DNA of 29,411 nt from Chiloscyllium plagiosum (Eukaryota), in NCBI RefSeq assembly GCF_004010195.1, contig NC_057718.1, positions 25,019,199 to 25,048,609 on the forward strand. The letters run 5' to 3'. Positions 11,751 through 24,217 of the stretch are shown piece by piece. The notes under the pieces were generated by a model, which saw only the letters and a list, made by a program, of their open reading frames with translations, made no database searches and was not told the origin of the DNA. The translations under genes were made by a program, and so were the position numbers. Within the stretch, counting starts at the first letter, position 1. Every line of letters starts with the position of its first letter.

Positions 11751-13769
11751 AACTAACAATTCAGTGACAAACCATAATACTATACTACCACATGTTCGCT
11801 ATCTACTTAATCTTGTATTCACAGGACAAAGTGTCCAGGAGCATGGAGTGAGGACAGAGGCAGATAAGAAACTTCCTCTGCAGAAATAGGTCACTGCTTA
11901 TGCAGCAAAACCTCTTGACATCCTTTTGTCTTTTATAGCCAATGCACTGTAGATTAAATTGGTGAGTGTGAGCCAAGTACTTGGTATGATTCCACCCTTT
12001 TTAAATATTTAACATGGAGCTGCACTGGCTAAGTAACTGTATGACTCACAAAATGTCTGCTGATCTGACAGCTTTCAAGTTATTATTTTGGGGACACATT
12101 GTAGTTTTTGTTTGTCATTTTCTAGATTTCTGCAAATGAAATTAGACTAGACCACACTTAAAAACATCCTCAGGATATGTCAAAGCAGTTAATAGCTATC
12201 AAAGTATTAGTCAGATATTTAATATCCTTGGTGGCCATTCAGTTTTAAACAGGTTCTTTTTAGGACAAGCAACCATTGAAATTATGGTTGCCAAACATAT
12301 TGACTGTGCCAATAATCATGTTTGAGTTCTCCGTCAAGTAGGTCAAGCACAAAATGCCTTTAGCTATGCAGTAGCTTTATGCCTTTGTGAAAAATAGATC
12401 TCAGTCTGCTTTTATACATGTCATCAACAGAGAGACTCTAGGCCATGCAGGGATTGTTTGTTTTGGGAATTTATGTTGAAGTTTCTCAATGAATTTCCCT
12501 AGAACCAGTAAAATGAGGCTGAAAAAATTACTTTCTGAAAAGTAAGCCATTTGATCACTTTTCAAACTTGCAGTTTTTGCAGTATAATTAGCAACAATAT
12601 TTGCTTTGATATTTGCATGGAGTTCAAACTTATCATATCGTCACTGCCATCTTGCAGTTAAATGATCATCTGCAGCCCCGATATTTTATGGTTTTGGTGA
12701 ACATAAACCTCAAGTTCTTTGTGTCCTTAAGAATCTCTCTGTACCATGCAACTATTTTATCCCTATATCTTATGGGACACAGAATACAGTTTTCAGAATT
12801 TGAATTTGTTGTGCATTCTTAACACTGCATTGAATGAACCACTTTGATTAATGTTTTTATTAAATCCCATCAGTTAAATTTTTGTAAAAGAACTATTACA
12901 GCAATGACAAATACAGCACTGACTTCATTACAAGCAACTTTACAAATCTAATTCAATTTCAGTATTCTTATCCTCCCTCATTTTAAGAGGAGTACTCTTA
13001 CCTTGAAACCTAATAGTTTAGTAAAGACCTATTTCCACATTTAAATACTGCAGCTAGAAAGAAGTGAAATGTTAAAAAGGGATTCAGATAAAATCTGATT
13101 TTACTAACCTCACTCAAGTTTATGTTATATTCACTTTCTTTTGTTCATTGTGATGCGTACTAAATATTAGCCATTAATACATTTATAATTTGTGGTTGCA
13201 TTTATGCGTTGCACATTTGCAAGAATGAGAAAGGAAAATAATTTTAATTGTAATATTTGCAATTGACTTAATTATCATACTGTGTAAAGCTATTATTAAC
13301 TACATAAATCAAATCTTAAGATACATTTAAAAGACATTTTGTTAGTTTAGATTTGATTACTTGAGCACAGATTATCACATGATTTTCTAAATACAGCAGA
13401 AGTACAATATATTGCCTCTCTGGGATAAAATGCCTGTTCCACCATCAGTAAAATTCTTTGGGTGATTCCAAGGACAGGCTTCAAAGGACGATGACTCACC
13501 ACCAATTTTGTTGCCAAAGGCTGACTCGAACATCAACAGTCCATATTTAGTCCATTGCCTTATTGCAAATAATCAGAGGCATCGTCTTCTGACTAATAAC
13601 AAAACCATCATTCGGCAACAGTGCACAGAAAATACTGTTGATTTAATTATTTCTAGTATCCTCTAGAAGGTTCAAGTTAAGTACCAAAAATAATTCTATC
13701 AATATGGGTTATCCTGCTCTTCTAACATATTGCAATTGATTGTAACAGCATGAATTGTGCTCTGCCAAA

Positions 13770-14095
13770 AATAGGAAACAATTCTCCAAGCCTCATGAAT
13801 AGCACCTTGAAAACTCATGAACTCTATTATCTCAATCATAACAGTTGCATGGGAACACCACCAGACATAATTTCTCCTCAAAGTGTCACACTATCCTGAT
13901 TTATAATTACATCACTGCACTTTCTTTGTTTCTTAGTCAAAGACCTGGAACTCATAACAGTAGCTTGGTGCAGCTATAAAATTGGACTGCCATGGTTCAA
14001 AAAGACAGCCCACCAGCAACGTCTCAAGGGTTAGTTGGAATGGGAAATTCTCACCTTGACAATGATGGTAACACCCTATGACAGAGCAAAAAATA
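13770..14095 (+). mobile_element. Decayed 3' end of the LINE family found at 20105-24017
   Basis: ggttcaaaaagacagcccaccagcaacgtctcaaggg aligns by eye with ttcaagaaggcattttaccacttccttctcgaggg (~23913-23947). Confidence 0.5.
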
Positions 14096-14531
14096 GTTAA
14101 TTCAGCAACTCCATGAGCAGTCATTCTTCCTGAAAATAGTGGACTGATATCTGAGGCTATTTTTATTCCAGATATGTTAAAAATACTGAGAGAGTGCTTT
14201 AAAATGGAATTGCAGCTTCTTTAGTTTTGAAGCATCTCCAATTGAACCTCTGGCCTTGAGAAAGAGCCTGCTGTCCTTCATTCACTACTCCTAGTAGTTG
14301 GTCAATCCATGTTACTGCTTCAGACAAAGTACAGTGTTGGAACCTCAAGCATATCCCAAATTGGGAATCCTGCAGGAAATGGATAGTTTTGTGCATTGAT
14401 GTCCTTTTAAAGGACTGAGGCTTCACACCTGTCACGTTAATTTTCTGGGATCACAGATGCCATTCAATTGTTATTATACCATTAGGATTTGGTTAGTCTG
14501 AATGCACTATCCCCAAATTCTTCATTGATCT

Positions 14532-14771
14532 GGGGTGGCACAGGTTCAATTCTGTCTGTGTGGAGTTTGCACATTCTCCCTGTGTCTGGGTGCTCCGGTT
14601 TCCTCCCACAGTCCAAAGATGCGCAGGTCAGGTGAACTGGCCATGCTAAATTGCCCATAATGTAAGGTGCATTAGTCAGAGGGAATTTGTCTGGGTGGGT
14701 TACTCTGCGGAAGGTTGGTGTGGACTTGTTGGGCCGAAGGGCCTGTTTCCACACTGCAGGGAATCTAATCT
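14532..14771 (+). mobile_element. HE1/V-SINE-like SINE with internally deleted tRNA head
   Basis: Body is nearly identical to 10140-10373 and ends gaatctaatct. The head is reduced to ggggtggcacaggttcaattc. Confidence 0.85.
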
Positions 14772-15561
14772 TCAGTGGGGAACCGTTGTGTAAGCACCAC
14801 CAGTTCATATTGTGATTTCAATGCTGAGTCTATTGGTCATAACATGCGGAGAGGCAGAATTTCTCTGATAGCAATTTCTGCATGTCCACATGTACAGATG
14901 CCAGAAATTAATGGTTGGGTGGCCCTGTAATAATAATGAGCGCTGAAAGCTTTGTCATTACTATGAAGTCTATGTAAATAATTATTAATGTACAAAAGCC
15001 AGTTTCTAACAGTCATTCACCATCTGACTAATTTCAATTGCTATCTCTCCCAACAAGCAAACGTTACAGAGGATTTGAAGTGCCCATGCTAGCCAATGAC
15101 GTCCTCAACAGTGGTCAGATGTGGAGCTTCTGAAGATGCTTTTGTTTGCAATAATTAGAAACTTCTTCGATATAAAGATTTTTGAAATTTGGTGCAGTGA
15201 CAATGATCAAACTTTTCTGGTACAGATATTTCAGAAATCTCACTAAGAGAGCAGGAGGAAAAGCAAGAGGAAGAAGTAAACATTTGCAGCTGGAGTCGTG
15301 CTTAAAGGAATCTTTATCAGCCCAAAGAAATCCCAGAACAACATATTACAATTCTCTGAGGATCACTCTGCAAGAAAACTTTGATTCTCTTGGGTCACAT
15401 CAAGCAAAAAGACCTGCAGCCAAATGTTACAGTTAGCACAGCATTACCTGTGCAGTCAAGGGCACTACATTTTCAACACTTGCCTCTAGCTTCATCAAAA
15501 CTACACACCAAATGTTTGTGTAAAGATAGTTAATTGGCATATCCTGAAGTAAGGTCTGCTA

Positions 15562-16004
15562 GGGCAGCACAGTGACTCAGTGGTTAGGAGGAGAAAGTGA
15601 TAGCAGACCTTACTTCAGGATATGCCAATTAACTATCTTCTTCAGGAAGAAGGCCCTCGTCGAATCTCCTGTTCCCTGGATGCTGCCTGACTTGCTGTGC
15701 TGTTCCAGCAATAAAGTTTCAACTCAATGGTTAGCACTACTACCTCAGCACCAGGGACCCGGGTTTGATTTCAACCTTGGGTGATTGCCTGTGTGGACTT
15801 TATACATTCTCATGTGTCTGCATGGGTTTCCTCCCACAGTCCAAAGATGTGCAGGTTCGGTGAATTGGACATGCTAAATTGCCCATATTATGCAGGCTAA
15901 GTGTATTAGTCACAGGAAATGTAGGGTTTCAGATTTGGATGGGATGTTCTTTACAGAGTCATTGTGAACTCAATGGGCAAAATGGCCTGTTATGATCCTA
16001 TGAT
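15562..16004 (+). mobile_element. HE1/V-SINE-like SINE interrupted just after its A box by a Penelope-derived insertion
   Basis: Starts gggcagcacagtgactcagtggttag and resumes cactactacctcagcaccagggacccgggtttgatt at 15735. V-domain body, tail tatgatcctatgat. Confidence 0.8.
15588..15721. mobile_element. Penelope-derived insertion containing an inverted copy of flanking DNA
   Basis: TSD actcagtggttag (15575-15587) / actcaatggttag (15722-15734). 15658-15721 matches the 19047 element. 15601-15639 is the exact reverse complement of 15523-15561. Confidence 0.8.
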
Positions 16005-17439
16005 AAAGGCATACCAGTCTTGATCTCTATATTGCAGGATTTCAGCTTTGCTTATTAGCATATTTGTATTAGTCAACTTAGAAGTTATGACCATTAAACT
16101 GTTTAACTAACACTGACCTTAAAACTATGGGCACTCTAGATGCTTCAATAAGCATAATTAAAAGACATACTAGTGTATAGTGATTCATATGCTGTAGATA
16201 ATTTTAATCAGTTAATAACAAGGGCAAGGAAAACAGTTCTTCAAATGAAAACATCTGGATATGTGCATAATGTTTTAATTGGGAGTTTTGTCAGAGCATG
16301 AGATTGACTCAGGTGAAACCAAAGTAAGAATTATGATTAAAAGTTGAAGTTGATGAAAGAGCAATTATATGCAAAAGGAATGAAAATATCTTGAAGTTAA
16401 TAAAGTTTTGGAGTTGAATGCCACCATTATCTGGTAAAGTTAGAAGAACTATTAACTTTTATTCATGTATATAGAGTTGTATTTTAATACAATTAGGAGT
16501 CATTTGTTATTATAGTACTGTAGTATTACTAAAAAGCATTATTAGATTGTAATGCAGAATTGTATGGATTGTTACTTGGAACTTGTGAGAAAATATCTAA
16601 AAACTAGCAGTACAGACATTGGATTTGCAAAGGTTGAAAGGACAGGACTCAAAAATGGAACACATTGAATTTCTAACTAATCACCACTAGAGCTTTGTTG
16701 TAAGTGCCAATTCAATTTTATACTTAAGTATTATTGCACGTGCCATATAAGTAACAGAATTATGATACCTTATAATCAGATTATAAGGACCGTATTGATT
16801 TGAGAAGTACACTATAGTTAAGAATCTCTCTTCTGGTGATACATAATATTAGTTAGTTTGCAGTCCATGCTTTGTGCTGAGCAGATGGTCAACAGTTATT
16901 CTCATTACTCTGTCAAGCAGCAGCAAATGAGTTGCCTCTTAACCTAGAAAAAAGGGTTTAGGATGTGGTTGTGACACTTAAGGATAGATTTTAATGGTCT
17001 GACACAGAACTAAATAGAGATGGGACCAAAAAAAACATGCCTCACCTCAACCATTTTCATGAAGGTGAAGCAGAGAGCACACTCTGAAAGCACTCCCCTC
17101 CTATTAAGGAAGCAACAAAAAACATTCTAGGCTCATTGAGAATCTGCCCCAGGCAGGTGTTTGTTCGTAGAGATGCCCAGACATTAGGAACTCTTGGGTT
17201 TTACACTAGCTATATGGAGGCGCAATCATGGATTGAAGACTTTATATTTCATCATGAAATGCTGTGTGTTGTACCTGTGTTCAGTAAGGCAAATTCGAAG
17301 TCATCTTACCATAATATGGACAGGATTATGAAGCAACCAAAGGTAAGACATACTTATTAGAGTAAAGATGGTTTCTGAAGGTGTCAATTCGTTAAGAAGT
17401 GAGTCACGCTGTGCTATTTCCTGCTGACTTAGTGTGAAC

Positions 17440-17790
17440 CATGGCTCAGTGCTAACAGTCTTAACTCAGAGTCAAACACTTGTTGGTTCAATTCTATGCA
17501 CAAGATCTATGCTGACACAAGTTGCATTAGCAGTGAGGCACTGCCTTCTGAATGCAATTTTAAACTGACTGAACTCTCAGATAAATATTAAAGATCCCTT
17601 GGTACTATATGAAGAAGAGCAATAGATTTCTATCTCAATCAACATCACGAAAATAGATTATCTGGTTATTTATTGCTGTTGTTGGTTCCTTGCTGCATGG
17701 AAATTGACTTGCATGTTTCCTACATTACAGCAGTAAATGCACTTCAATTGTACTTAGTTGGCTGTAAAACATTTTGGGACATTCTTAGTT
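17440..17790 (+). mobile_element. Ancient Deu-domain SINE (SacSINE1/AmnSINE1-like)
   Basis: A-box-like tggctcagtg, B-box-like ggttcaattc, body aaagatcccttggtactat...gaagaagagca...ctcaatcaacatcac...agattatctgg, tail ttggctgtaaaacattttgggacattct. Family assignment is from memory. Confidence 0.6.
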
Positions 17791-17967
17791 TTTAAAATTT
17801 CTTTTAACCTACGATCAGTCATTAGTGAGGCTTGGAGAGAATCCTTGATGTCCTGTGTCAAAAATAGAACGTTGCCTTTGTACTTAGGGGAAAATATTCC
17901 ACTTTTTTCAGCAAACAGCAGGAACACAACTAAAATGCAGTTAACATTCACGTTCAATGTTGCTGCT

Positions 17968-18150
17968 CATCATGTAGAAATCATGGCATAGAAGGAAGCT
18001 ACTTGGCCCATGATATTTGAACCAACTCCGAAAAATGTATTCGATCAGTCTCGCTTTCTTGATCTTACCTCATAATGCTGAAAATTAATCTTTTTCAAAG
18101 GTTGGTTGAATTTCCTTTGAAAGTTAGTTTAGCATTTGCTGTTCACTAAT
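17968..18150 (-). mobile_element. Old CR1-type 3' tail
   Basis: catagaaggaagctacttggcccatg resembles agatggaggccatttggcttatc at 1381. Confidence 0.45.
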
Positions 18151-19046
18151 TTTCTGCAATACCTAACTTATACAAGTACTTATTTTCGGATGTCCACCTT
18201 CTCCAACAGCATCCCCAGTGCTGTATCTGAAAACCTCAGGGAGTTGCGAACATTAACTTGTGGCTTCCTGCAGCTCTAAAACTCCCTGCTTTTGTGCATA
18301 CAAGACATTTCCCATTTTAGTTACTGCAAAACTTTACAAACCTGCAGCAATACCTAATTTATACCTGCTGGGTTGTGCTGGCATCTCATAATTGCCACGT
18401 AGATGATAACAATACAAGTGTTCTCTGCCATCTCCTCCAAACATGCACTGTATTTACCCACCTATCTCTGAACACTTATTAATAGCCCATTATCTAGTCA
18501 TTCATTGTTTGATTCAGTTACGATTCGGTGGACCTTTCTGTGCACATGTTACATTTTACGATTTGGCACACAGCAGTACTGCACTTTAGGAGTAATCAAC
18601 TAGAAAATCCTGAGGACATAGTAAAGTGCTGTATGAGTCATATTCTTTCTTGAACAAAGCATAAAGGAATAAATAAATGTAACTTTTATAGCCAAATTAT
18701 TGATTTCATTGAGTGGCTTTTGGAGTACTGGCAGAAGTTTTAAAAAGGCTTATTTTGGTTGTGTTTACAATTTCACTGAAACACTGACAAGTGAACATCT
18801 TTCTAACTTTGTTTACAGCGTCACTGGTGACAAACAAAATTCATTCCCAATTAATCATAAGCATAACATCAAGATTAGACAACATAACAGATGACAATAT
18901 ATATTCTATTGCCTATATATATTCTACTGATAATCTTTTCTTAGGATGCCATCCTTTAACTTTATGTTTCATGTGTGGAGCTCAGAAATGTAATCCTTTC
19001 CATTGTACACACAATCTGTATGCTGCCCTTCTTAAAAATAATCACC

Positions 19047-19130
19047 GAGGGCTTATGCCCGAAACGTCGATTCTCCTGTTCCCTGGATGCTGCCTGACCT
19101 GCTGCGCTTTTCCAGCAACACATTTTCAGC
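19047..19130 (+). mobile_element. 84-bp Penelope-derived insertion with perfect 14-bp TSD and 3' half of a hammerhead motif
   Basis: TSD taaaaataatcacc (19033-19046, 19131-19144). The insert begins ga-GGGC-TTAT-GCCC-GAAACGTC. Confidence 0.85.
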
Positions 19131-21564
19131 TAAAAATAATCACCCCAAATGCCTCTAGTTTGTGTCTGCATAGGGTGTCCTCCTAATTGCTCACTTAACC
19201 TTGTCAAAATTTGTCACAAGATCTTAATATACATTTGTCTGTTCTTTCAGCCATTCTTCTACAGTGGTGGGTTATTGGGAAAATCCACAAATAAATTGTT
19301 GGAGAAAATATTCACCATTTTGACTTTTCCATGACAGTTTTAAAATTGCTGGAAATAATACTCTTGTTTAGAATTATTGTAACTCTGGTTCTGAGTGGGG
19401 TCATAAACTGTGTACTTCTGGAAAACAATTTTATCAATAACACAGAATTGAGTAAAGAAAGCAACATTTACGGCAGAAACATAGCACAGTAGTCAGCAAG
19501 CAAGAAAGTATGGAAAAGTACAGAGAGAAGATTGGTTAAGTCCAAATGGTACAAGATGAAACTGAACTGCAGTCAACAGGAATACAAGACCACAGTGTTC
19601 TGAAGAAGGAAGAGAAACCAGGAATAGGAATCTTAGTGCCCTGAAGACTGACACTGGAATAGAGAAATAGATGAGAAAGGCAGCAACTGACAGCAGCAGG
19701 TTCAAGTTGGGAAGCCATCCTGTACAGCCTTAACTTGTCATCCTCATCTGAAAACATATGTGGAAAATTGGATCTGTTCTTGGACATCAGAGACAAAGTG
19801 ACTTAATAAACCTTACAGGGCTGTTGCAAATAGTGTAATTTCCAGTAGCCTGTCATGATTTTCTAGATGAAGTCAGATCAGAATTACACAAACAGCCAAT
19901 GCAGCTGAAGTAGACCCGAGAGTTATAAAAATTCTTTGTGAGGAAAATGAGTACAATGTGGAAGAGGCAAGTTAATACAGTATTATAATAACTATAGAGA
20001 ATAGAATTAAAAATCAAAAGATGTGCAAAATAGAATGATTGTGTTCTAACTTTCTTCCATGACTGTAGAATATTTCATAACCAATATGTCGAATAAACCA
20101 ATTGGCAAAGACAGCCACATCAATCTATTCTCGATCATCAGTGAATTGATGGAAGATATCACTGACAGTGCTATCAATCAGCACTCTGCTGTTTAATAAG
20201 CTGCTGACTGATGCCCAATTTGGTTTGCAACAGGGCCACTCATCTCTTGACTTCATTACAACCTTGATTCAAACATGGAAAAAAGAGCTGAATTCCAGAG
20301 GAGAGGTGAGAATAGCAGCCCTGAGCATGAAGGGAACTTTTGACTCAGTGTGACATCAACTACCACTAAAACTGAAATCAATGGGTGTTGGTTAGCAAAT
20401 GCCCCACTGGTTGGAGTCATACATAGCATATCGGTTTTGATTGTTGGAGATCAGTCACCTCAGCTCCAAGACATCTCGACAGGAGTTCCTCAGGGTAGTG
20501 TCCTAGGCCCAAACATCTTTAGTAGCTTCATCAATGACCTTCCCTCCATTATAAGGTTAAAGTTAGATGTTCACAACATGCAACACTATTTGTGACTCCT
20601 CAGATACTGTTCAAATGTGACCAGATCTGAATAACATACAGGCTTAGGCTGACAAATGGTATGCCACACAAATGCCAGGCAATGACCAGCTCCAAAAACA
20701 GACAATCTAACCACCAGCCTTGACATTCCATTGTGTTACCATCATTGAATCCCCCACTATCAAGGTTGCATTACCTGAAACACTACCTAGGTAGTTTCTC
20801 CCACCCATCCTTCACCTCCAGCCAAAAAAAAAGGTTCTGTGTGCCGGATTGGTAAGGTGATTAGTTTTATTAATTCTTTATTTTCCGACAGTAAACAATT
20901 CAGTTATGTTTATTTTAATGATGGAAAGGGATAAGTATATACTGCAGGGCAGGAGTTTTTGCTGGGGGAAAGGTGATTATGATGCGTTTAGGCAAGGTTT
21001 ATGATACATAGGATGGGGAAGGAAACAGCAGGGAATGGGCACAATTGAAATGTGGACCTTATTCAAGAAACAGCTACTGCGTGTCCTTGATAAGTATGTA
21101 CTGGTCAGGTAGGGAGGACGTAGTCGAGTGAGGGAGCCATGATTTACTAAAGAAGTTGAATCTTTGTCAAGAAGAAGAAGGCTCAATTAGGGCAGTTGAG
21201 AGTTACAAGTTAGCCAGGAAAGACCTAAAGAGAGAGCTAAGAAGAGCCAGGAGGAGACATGAGAAGCCATTGGCAGATAGGATCAAGGAAAACTCTAAAG
21301 CTTTCTATAGGTTTATCAGGAATAAAAGAATGACTGGAGTAAGATTAGGGCCAATCAGAGATAGTAATGGAAAGTTGTGCACGGAGCCCGAGGAATTTGG
21401 GGAAGCACTAAATTAATATTTCTTTGTCAGTATTCATACTGGGAAAAGATAATGTTGAGAAGAATACTGAGATACAGGCTACTACTAGACTAGACGGTGC
21501 ACAAGGAGGAGATGTTAGCAATTCTGGAACATGTGAAAATAGATAAGTCCCGTAGGCCAGTTGG

Positions 21565-21874
21565 GATTAGATTAGATTAGATTAGATTCCATATAGTGTG
21601 GAAACAGGCCTGTCAGCCTAATAAGTCCACACCGATCCTCCGGAGAGTAACCCCCCAGACCCATTTCCCTCTGACTAATGCACCTAACACTTTGAGCAAT
21701 TCAACATGGCCAATTCACCTAATATGCAGATATGTAGACTGTGGGAGTAAACCAGAGCACGCGGAAGAAACCTATGTAGACACAGGGAGAATGTGCAAAC
21801 TCCACACAGACTGTTGCCCAAGGCTGGAATTGAACATGAGTCCCTGGCCTGTGAGGCAGCAGTGCTAACCACTG
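21565..21874 (-). mobile_element. HE1/V-SINE-like SINE inserted in CR1 ORF2
   Basis: Reverse complement of the 10060 element, with a (gatta)n tail at 21565-21588. CR1 sequence resumes ggatttatcctagg. Confidence 0.88.
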
Positions 21875-22217
21875 CTATTCTAGGATTTATCCTAGGATTC
21901 TCTGGGAAGCCAGGGAGGAGAATGCCGAGCTATTGGCTTTGATCTCCGTGTCATCATTGTCTACAGAATAGAGCCTGAAGGCTGGAGGATAGCAAACGTT
22001 GTCCCCTTGTTCAAGAATGGGAGTAGAGACAACCCAGGTAATTATAGATCATTGAGCCTTTCTTCAGTTTTGGGTAAAGTGTTGGAAGAGGTTATAAGAG
22101 ATGGGATTTATAATAATCTAGAAAGGAATAAGTTGATTAGGGATAGTCAACACAGTTTTGTGAGGGTAGGTTGTGCCTCACAAACCTTACTGAGTTCTTT
22201 GAGCAGGTGCCAAACAG

Positions 22218-22886
22218 GTGGATGAGGGTAAAGCAGTTGATGTGGTGTATGTGGATTTCAGTAAGGTGTTTGATAAGGTTAGTCATGGTAGGCTATTGCA
22301 CAAAGTACAAAGGCATGGGATTGAGGGTGATTTAGCAGTTTGGATCAGAAATTGGCTTGCTGAAAGAAGACAGAGGGTGATGGTTGATGGGAAATGTTCA
22401 TCCTGGAGTTCAGTTACTAGTAGTGTGCTGCAAGGATCTGTTTTGGGGCCACTGCTGTTTGTCATTTTTATAAATTACCTAGATGAGGCCACAAAAGGAT
22501 GGGTTAGTAAATTTGCGGATGACATTAAGGTCGATGGAGATGTGGATAGTGCTGAAAGATGTTGCAGGTTACAGCGGGACATTTATAAGCTGCAGAGCTG
22601 GGCTGAGAGGTGGCAAATGGAGTTTAATGCAGACAAGTGTGAGGTGATTCACTTTGGAAGGAGCAACAGAAATAAAGAGTACTGGGCTAATGGTAAGATT
22701 CTAGGTAGTGTAGATAAGCAGAGAGATCTCAGTGTCCATGTACATAGATCCCCAAAAGTTGCCACCCAGGCTGATAGGGTTGTTAAGAAATCATACAGTG
22801 TGTTAGCTTTTATTGGTAGAGGGATTGAGTTTCGGAACCACGAGGTTATGCTGCAGCTGTACAAAACTCTGTGTGGCCACACCTAG
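22218..22886 (+). pseudogene. CR1 ORF2 reverse transcriptase segment (222 aa open stretch of a frameshifted ORF2)
   Basis: Motifs VDVVYVDFSKVFDKV, QGSVLGPLLFVIFIN, SKFADD and WQMEFNADKCEVIHFG. Frameshifts on both sides. Confidence 0.92.
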
Positions 22887-24217
22887 AGTGTTGTGTACAG
22901 TTCTGGTCATCGCATTATAGGAAGATTTGGAAAGGATGCAGAGGAGATTTACTCGGATGTTACCTGGTATGGAGGAAAGGTCTTATGAGGAAAGGCTGAG
23001 AGACTTGAGACTATTTTCATTAGGGAGAATGTTGAGAGGTGACTTGAGACATATAAGATAGTCAGAGGGTTAGATAGGTGGACAGTGAGAGCCTTTTTCC
23101 TCGGATGGTGATGACTAGTTTGAGGGGACATAGCTTTAAACTGAGGGGTGATAGATATAGGAGGTAGCTTCTTTACTCAGAGAGTAGTAGGGGCGTGGAA
23201 CGCACTGCCTACAACAGTAGTAGACCCGCAAACTTTAAGGGCATTTAAATGGACATTGGATAAACATTTGGATGAAAATGGAATCGTGTAGGATTGATTG
23301 GCTTCAGATGGTTCCACATTGGTGCAACATTGAGGGCCGAAGGGCCTCTACTGCACTGTAATGTTCTCTGTTCTATGTCCCTGGGGGTTACAGTTGACCA
23401 GAAACTCAACATATTAATGCAATAGCTGCAAGAGCAGATCAGAGGCCAGAAGTCCTGCAATGGGTAACACATCCCAAAGCCTGTCCACCATCGACAAGGC
23501 ACAAGTGAGGAGTGTAATGGAATACTCCCGACTTGCTTGAATGAATGCAGCTCTAGCAACACTCAAGAAATTTAACACCATCCAGGCCAAAGCAGCCCAT
23601 TTGATTGGTACTGTATCCACAAACATCCAATCCCTTAATACCAATGCTCAGTAGCAGCAGTGTGAACTAGTTCCAAGACACATAGCAGAAATTTGCCAAA
23701 GATCCTTGGACAGAGCATTTTCTATATAGTGATCACTTCCTTCCAGAAAGACAAAGGCAGTATATACACAGGAATGTCTGCCTGAAATTCTCCCTCCAAG
23801 CCACCCATCATCCTAAGAAATATCAACATTTCTTCAATACACTAGATCAAAATCTCAAAATTACCTCCCTAAAGGCATTGTGGGTCTACCTACAGCACAT
23901 GGGCTAGAGTAATTCAAGAAGGCATTTTACCACTTCCTTCTCGAGGGCAATTAGAGATGGGCAATAATACTGGCCAGCCAGCAATGCCTATGTCCTGTAA
24001 AAGAATGAGAAAATAAAAGTTCTACAGCTAAGGAGAGGACTTTGTATTTTGTTGAATTTGATAAGTTGCAATTGCGTATTAATGCATTAGGTCAGTTGTA
24101 AAAATTTGCACTATCACTGGTCACTATCTAAATGTATCCAGGTTTGCAGATCACATGTGAGTAAATTGTGTAATTTTCTATAGGCTTTCAGAGATGTAAG
24201 AAGCTGCAGAGGAACCT

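Larger units (their letters stand above)
20764..23378 (+). mobile_element. Relatively young CR1 LINE (ORF2 linker, RT, 3' tail), internally deleted
   Basis: IKENSKAFYRFIRNKR (ORF 21156), NPGNYRSLSLSSVLGK (ORF 22007), RT ORF 22218-22886, tail tgttctctgttctatg. Confidence 0.9.
20105..24017 (+). mobile_element. Decayed non-LTR retrotransposon (CR1/L2/Crack-group RT, family unresolved) split by a CR1 insertion
   Basis: AQFGLQQGHSSLD (ORF 20168) and GVPQGSVLGPNIFSSFINDL (ORF 20350). After the insertion it resumes LGVTVDQKLN (23381) and QSLSTIDKAQVRSVMEYS, with an A-rich end at ~24000-24018. Confidence 0.75.

Noticed and set aside
14873..14909. Short imperfect palindrome aatttctg...cagaaatt
   Set aside because: Possibly part of an old repeat, but no boundaries or TSD can be defined.
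15182..15436. Purine-rich 84-aa ORF with nearby acceptor-like sites
   Set aside because: No recognisable homology and no clear donor site.
18791..19186. 131-aa ORF
   Set aside because: It reads through the 84-bp repeat insertion and TSD and has no recognisable domain.
19440..19810. Purine-rich stretch with short ORFs on both strands
   Set aside because: Stops occur in all plus frames, the minus ORFs are compositionally biased, and nothing is recognisable.
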